Assembly (NCBI GenBank): GCA_022844165.1
Contig: JALHMH010000007.1
Location: forward strand, 75,841 to 139,840
DNA: 64,000 nucleotides
Reading direction: 5' to 3'
Source: Lysobacterales bacterium
GTDB lineage: Bacteria; Pseudomonadota; Gammaproteobacteria; Xanthomonadales; SZUA-5
Below are positions 61,074 to 64,000 of this stretch, piece after piece. Each line of letters starts with the position of its first letter. The stretch's first letter is position 1. The position numbers and the translations under genes were made by a program. Under the pieces are notes generated by a model. The model was not told the origin of the DNA. It saw nothing but the letters and a program-made list of their open reading frames with translations, and ran no database searches.

Positions 61074-61837
61074 GCCTTTTCGATGCTCTTCAGCCAGCGC
61101 AGTATGGCCAGCAGCGCTTCGAAATCGCGCGGCGCCAACGCCTCATGGTAGGCCATGCGCAGATCGCTGCCCGGTTCGCAACCGTGCAAAGCGCAAACGC
61201 GTAAGGTGATCAGACTATCGGCGCCGCACGCGCGTGCGCGCTCGCATTCGCGGACGTCCAAAGCAGCGCGCATCAGCCACTCCGCTTCGCCCGGCAATAA
61301 TCGCCGGCCATCAGGAAATATCTGATGTTGCGGTAGCGCTCGACTGACATACGCATCGAGCCAGGCCGACATCAGCTCATCGCTGCTCTGTGCTGCGCGC
61401 AACGCAGCCAGCGCATCGATCGCACTGGGATTGCGCTCATGGATCGGTGCGCGGGTTTCTTCCATCGGCACATGCAACGATGGCACCGGCAACTTTGCGC
61501 ACCGGCGCTTCAACTCTGCGAGCGCCGGATCACGCCGCGGATCGCTGCGCCGACGGCCATCCAACGCCAACAACACCGGCACCCGGCAGGCGCTGTCGAT
61601 CTCGGCACGCAATGGCGCCTGAACCGCTGCATCGAGCAGGGAAAGCGCCGAACCGGGATCAGGCGCGAGCAGTACCGTCGCGCCAGGTGGCAACGCCGGA
61701 ACGGCAACGGCGGCCGGCTCGCTACGCAGCGCAGCGATTGACGGCGGTGCGATCGGCCGCAGCATCAGCACCAGTGCCAGCGATGCAACAGCAAAACCGC
61801 CGAGCGTGAGCGGACAACACCAGGATCGCTTCAGCAT
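61070..61837 (-). CDS. Membrane-anchored Cys-rich hypothetical protein (paralog 1)
   Basis: N-terminal TM; CERARACGADSLITLRVCALHGCEPGSDL; overlaps both neighbours. Confidence 0.75.
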   Translation of the reverse strand: MLKRSWCCPLTLGGFAVASLALVLMLRPIAPPSIAALRSEPAAVAVPALPPGATVLLAPDPGSALSLLDAAVQAPLRAEIDSACRVPVLLALDGRRRSDPRRDPALAELKRRCAKLPVPSLHVPMEETRAPIHERNPSAIDALAALRAAQSSDELMSAWLDAYVSRALPQHQIFPDGRRLLPGEAEWLMRAALDVRECERARACGADSLITLRVCALHGCEPGSDLRMAYHEALAPRDFEALLAILRWLKSIEKA

Positions 61838-62670
61838 CGTTTGCGCCCCAAGGTCACACGTTCGCGCTGCTCAATATCGAGCAGCGTTTGCACATCAGCA
61901 TAACCGGCCAGCAGTTCGCGCGCAGCCGCACCCTGTCGATGACCGTGCTCCATCAGCAACCAGCCGCCCGGTTTCAGCGCCCGCAACGCAGCATCGGCTA
62001 TCGCTCGCAAATCGGCCAAACCGGCCTGCGCCGCCACCAGCGCCGTCGTGGGCTCCCGCGCCAACGCGGGCAGATGCGGATCGTCCGGCGCCAGATACGG
62101 CGGATTGGCAACGATGCCGGCCACGCTGCGCGGCGCCACCGCCGCCAGCCAGTCGCCGCGCCAAAAAGCCACCGGCGCCGACAGTGCACGGGCGTTGCGT
62201 TGCGCAATTCGCAGCGCCGCCGCGCTGCGATCGCTCGCCAGCCACGACCAATCTGGGCGCTGCAATGCCAACGTGATCGCGATCGCACCGCTGCCAGTCC
62301 CAAGGTCGAGCCAGTACCCGGCCGCAAACCGCGCCAACGCCGCATCAATCAAACACTCCGTGTCGCTGCGTGGAATCAGCACGTCGGGCGTGACCACAAA
62401 CAGGCGCCCATAAAACCCCTGCTCGCCCACGATGTAAGCGAAGGGCTCGCCATCGCAGCGCTGGGTCACGGCGTTCGCCAGCCACTGGCGCTGCGCCTCG
62501 CCGAGCGGTTCGTGGTCGTGGATCAGCAACCACGCGCGCGATACCCCCAGCGCATGCATCAACAAGCCGTCGGCTTCGGCCGCATCCACGCCAGCCACTG
62601 CGAGCTGCGCGCGCATGCGTTGGCGAAAACTGGCGATACTAGAGTCCTTGATGAAGCTGGATCTTGTCAT
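61831..62670 (-). CDS. prmC: Release factor glutamine methyltransferase with N-terminus altered by an insertion
   Basis: GEPFAYIVG, VLIPRSDTE, LDLGTGSGAIA, NPPY, EHG..QG. Current start inferred at ATG 62670; ancestral GTG at 62899. Confidence 0.9.
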   Translation of the reverse strand: MTRSSFIKDSSIASFRQRMRAQLAVAGVDAAEADGLLMHALGVSRAWLLIHDHEPLGEAQRQWLANAVTQRCDGEPFAYIVGEQGFYGRLFVVTPDVLIPRSDTECLIDAALARFAAGYWLDLGTGSGAIAITLALQRPDWSWLASDRSAAALRIAQRNARALSAPVAFWRGDWLAAVAPRSVAGIVANPPYLAPDDPHLPALAREPTTALVAAQAGLADLRAIADAALRALKPGGWLLMEHGHRQGAAARELLAGYADVQTLLDIEQRERVTLGRKRC

Positions 62671-62889
62671 TTGAGTCAAATTTTCGTCGGTGCGGCTTTG
62701 GCTGATGAAGCCCCCTTGAGTACAAGGGGGGTGAGGATTGGCGCTGACACGCCGCAAGGCGTGTGCCGAGCCGAACGACCGGCGGCTGTGCCGCCGGGCC
62801 GGAAATGCGCGCAGCGCTCAATGGGGGTGGCAAGTACGGTGTCTGGCGAAGCCAACAATGCGCGGCGGTCTGAGGCGAAGCCTCGCTAG
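62639..62889. mobile_element. Family C miniature element with CTAG duplication, inside the prmC 5' end
   Basis: CTAG at 62639-42 and 62886-89; homologous to 24456-24664; excision restores the reading frame MLTASIASF. Confidence 0.8.
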
Positions 62890-62928
62890 CTGTCAGCACG
62901 CTGATCTATTCTCGGGCGTTGGTCCCAG

Positions 62929-63717
62929 ATGGTAGCAATGCCGATGCGCTGCTGGCTGTTTGTTCTAGCAATTTTTGCCGCAGGCGACGCCTCCGCCTGG
63001 GGTCGCACTGGCCATCGCATCACAGGAGAGTTGGCGGCGCGGCAACTGCAACCCGCCGCCCGCGCAGAAGTCGAGCGCCTGCTGGCGATCGGCCAGCAGT
63101 CCTCGCTCGCCACAGCGAGCCTTTGGGCCGATGAAGTGCGCGAAAACGACCCCAGCTATCGTTGGTCGACACCGCTGCACTGGGTCAACTTCCCGCCAGG
63201 GCAATGCCACTACGAACCCTCGATCTGCCCTGAGAGCAAGTGCGTCGTCGCTGCAATCGAACGCTTCGCCGCAGAACTGGCGAATCCATCGCTGCCCGAT
63301 GCGCAACGCGCCGTCGCGCTGAATTTCCTGGTTCATTTCGTTGGTGACGTGCACCAACCGCTGCACGCCGGATTCGCCGCCGATCGTGGCGGTAACGATT
63401 TCCAGATCAACTTCCAACGCGCCGGCTGGAATCTGCATTCCGTATGGGACACGCTCATACTCGACAGCCTGGGGTTGAGCGCCGCCGCCTACGGCGACCG
63501 CATCGCCGCTTTGCCGCGCAGCACCCAGGCCAACGAACTCAACCCGCGCCGCTGGGCTGAAGAATCCTGCGAAATCGTTGGGCGCGCCGATTTTTATCCG
63601 CCCAGGCACAAAATCACCCGGCGCTATCTCGACAACATGCGCCCCATCGCCGACGCCCGCCTGAAACTCGCCGCAGATCGCCTGGCGGGGGTGCTGAATC
63701 AGGCGCTGCAACCGTGA
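62929..63717 (+). CDS. Secreted S1/P1 nuclease
   Basis: Signal peptide then WGRTGH; WADEVR, HWVN, HFVGDVHQPLH, LHSVWD. Confidence 0.93.
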   Translation: MVAMPMRCWLFVLAIFAAGDASAWGRTGHRITGELAARQLQPAARAEVERLLAIGQQSSLATASLWADEVRENDPSYRWSTPLHWVNFPPGQCHYEPSICPESKCVVAAIERFAAELANPSLPDAQRAVALNFLVHFVGDVHQPLHAGFAADRGGNDFQINFQRAGWNLHSVWDTLILDSLGLSAAAYGDRIAALPRSTQANELNPRRWAEESCEIVGRADFYPPRHKITRRYLDNMRPIADARLKLAADRLAGVLNQALQP

Positions 63718-63792
63718 ATCCTCGCGAGCGGCGGCTGCTTAGCTTGAGCGTTGGGTGACTTCGCCTCAGCATTCCAGAGAACAGCGTCGGGA

Positions 63793-63915
63793 CACCGCAC
63801 ACTCGTGAGTCGCGCTACGGCGCGACGCTTTTATCTGTTCCCACGGCGCACCGCACACTTGTGGGTCGCGCTACAGCACGACGCTTTTATCTGTTCCCGT
63901 CGGTTATCTGTTCCC
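63793..63915 (+). repeat. Two 56-bp direct repeats with REP-like palindromes, plus an extra TTATCTGTTCCC
   Basis: CACCGCACACT at 63793 and 63849; GTGAGTCGCGC-TACG-GCGCGAC and GTGGGTCGCGCT-AC-AGCACGAC. Confidence 0.7.
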
Positions 63916-63957
63916 ATCGATCCGCGTTCGCCCCACAAACGCAATGCGTACTCCGCT

Positions 63958-64000
63958 CTAAAGCGCATCCAGCGGGCTGGCCACGCCTCGTCCACCCTTG
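63958..64000 (-). CDS. intI: C-terminus of an integron integrase (gene continues beyond the window)
   Basis: Minus strand reads KGGRGVASPLDAL*, matching the IntI-type tail GGxGVxSPLD; only 13 residues visible. Confidence 0.7.
   Translation of the reverse strand, partial: KGGRGVASPLDAL

Noticed and set aside
62671-62757. Extended PrmC N-terminus from the ORF track (MRRVSANPHPP...)
   Set aside because: Lies wholly within the inserted element.

Overview
A GC-rich window, most consistent with a Xanthomonadales/Lysobacterales-like gammaproteobacterium (inferred from coq7, rplM-rpsI-tRNA-Gln synteny, ECF/Ser-Thr kinase pairs and secreted proteins ending in 'D-x-x-F-x-x-x-FE'). The housekeeping genes are guaA, coq7, rplM, rpsI, dcd, a cyclophilin, nth, an ALS and an ALDH, lptE-leuS, terC, mscS, nupC-ribokinase, mrcB and prmC. 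Signalling genes are abundant: three Hanks kinases, an FHA-GGDEF protein, an ECF sigma factor and a two-component pair. Right after tRNA-Gln(CTG) lies a ~160-bp tandem array that regenerates the tRNA 3' end, carries an inverted copy of it, and displays CsrA/RsmA-type GGA hairpins. A defence islet follows: a type I RM system with single-base frameshifts in hsdR and hsdS, a GIY-YIG/DUF4357 nuclease, and an intact AbiF/Abi_2 HEPN gene with its own promoter and a structured leader RNA. At least three families of CTAG-flanked miniature elements share hairpin modules. Three of them are stacked at 59.6-60.1 kb, and one is inserted at codons 4-5 of prmC and supplies a new start codon. The last 43 bp encode the C-terminus of an integron integrase. 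All calls come from reading the sequence; no searches were run.
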